Virus record (IMG/VR): IMGVR_UViG_2579778538_000003
Reading direction: 5' to 3' (one strand)
Length of the DNA stretch: 41,144 nucleotides
Source of the DNA: a virus
Taxonomy: Duplodnaviria; Heunggongvirae; Uroviricota; Caudoviricetes
Shown: positions 40,851-41,144 of the stretch, one piece after another
How positions within the stretch are numbered: position 1 is the stretch's first letter
Layout of the letters: the number at the start of each line of letters is the position of its first letter
Notes under the pieces: model-generated
Databases searched by the model: none
What the model saw: the letters and a program-made list of their open reading frames with translations, nothing else
What the model was told of the DNA's origin: nothing
Translations under genes and position numbers: made by a program

Positions 40851-41144
40851 ATGGATATAAGCCCCTTACTTCATGCACTTTGTGCTGTGGCTGCGCAGAT
40901 ACTGGTTGGTCTTTTTACCGGAAACTGGGCTTACGGAGCGATAGCCGGTTGTACGTTCTTCATTGCGCGTGAACATACCCAGGCAGAATATCGCTGGATT
41001 GAAATGTTCGGGCATGGCAAGCGAATGAATATGCCGTGGTGGGGCGGTTTTGATCCGCGAGCTTGGGATGTGGCAAGCCTGATGGATTTTGCTGTGCCGG
41101 TGGTGGCGTGTCTGCTGGTCTGGCTGTTGGTTAATCGTGGGTGA
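40851..41144 (+). CDS. hypothetical small membrane protein (97 aa)
   Basis: AAGGAGGAAATAATG ribosome-binding site and start; hydrophobic segments LLHALCAVAAQILVGLFTG and FAVPVVACLLVWLLV; stop at the window end. Confidence 0.5.
   Translation: MDISPLLHALCAVAAQILVGLFTGNWAYGAIAGCTFFIAREHTQAEYRWIEMFGHGKRMNMPWWGGFDPRAWDVASLMDFAVPVVACLLVWLLVNRG

Overview
This window is an almost complete lambda-like prophage, truncated on the left by a partial IS1 and carrying a mosaic early region plus an inserted cargo island. All calls rest on reading the supplied translations and the DNA by eye and on recalled knowledge of phage lambda and E. coli cryptic prophages; no searches or computations were run. Order, left to right: IS1 3' end (1-426); small leftward accessory genes including a TraR/DksA-type zinc-finger protein; lambda Red exo-bet-gam; a non-lambda immunity region (S24-peptidase CI-like repressor, Cro/YdaS-like, YdaT-like protein in the cII position, no N gene seen); lambda-type O (with five ori iterons) and P; an AT-rich cargo island (1421-aa inverse-autotransporter adhesin with three near-identical 357-bp tandem repeats, plus a convergent lipoprotein esterase); a DLP12-type nin region (ybcN-ninE-ybcO-rusA-ylcG); a Q-like antiterminator; holin, lambda R, Rz/Rz1, bor; a TonB-C-terminal-domain-like lipoprotein; cos; then a lambda head and tail module Nu1 through J at lambda spacing, followed by an Stf-like side tail fiber with a different C-terminal domain and two small unknown genes. 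lom and tfa are absent from their lambda positions. The most interesting candidates for new biology are the TonB-C-like lipoprotein, the adhesin/esterase island with its repeat array, the N-less immunity region and the tail-fiber distal module.
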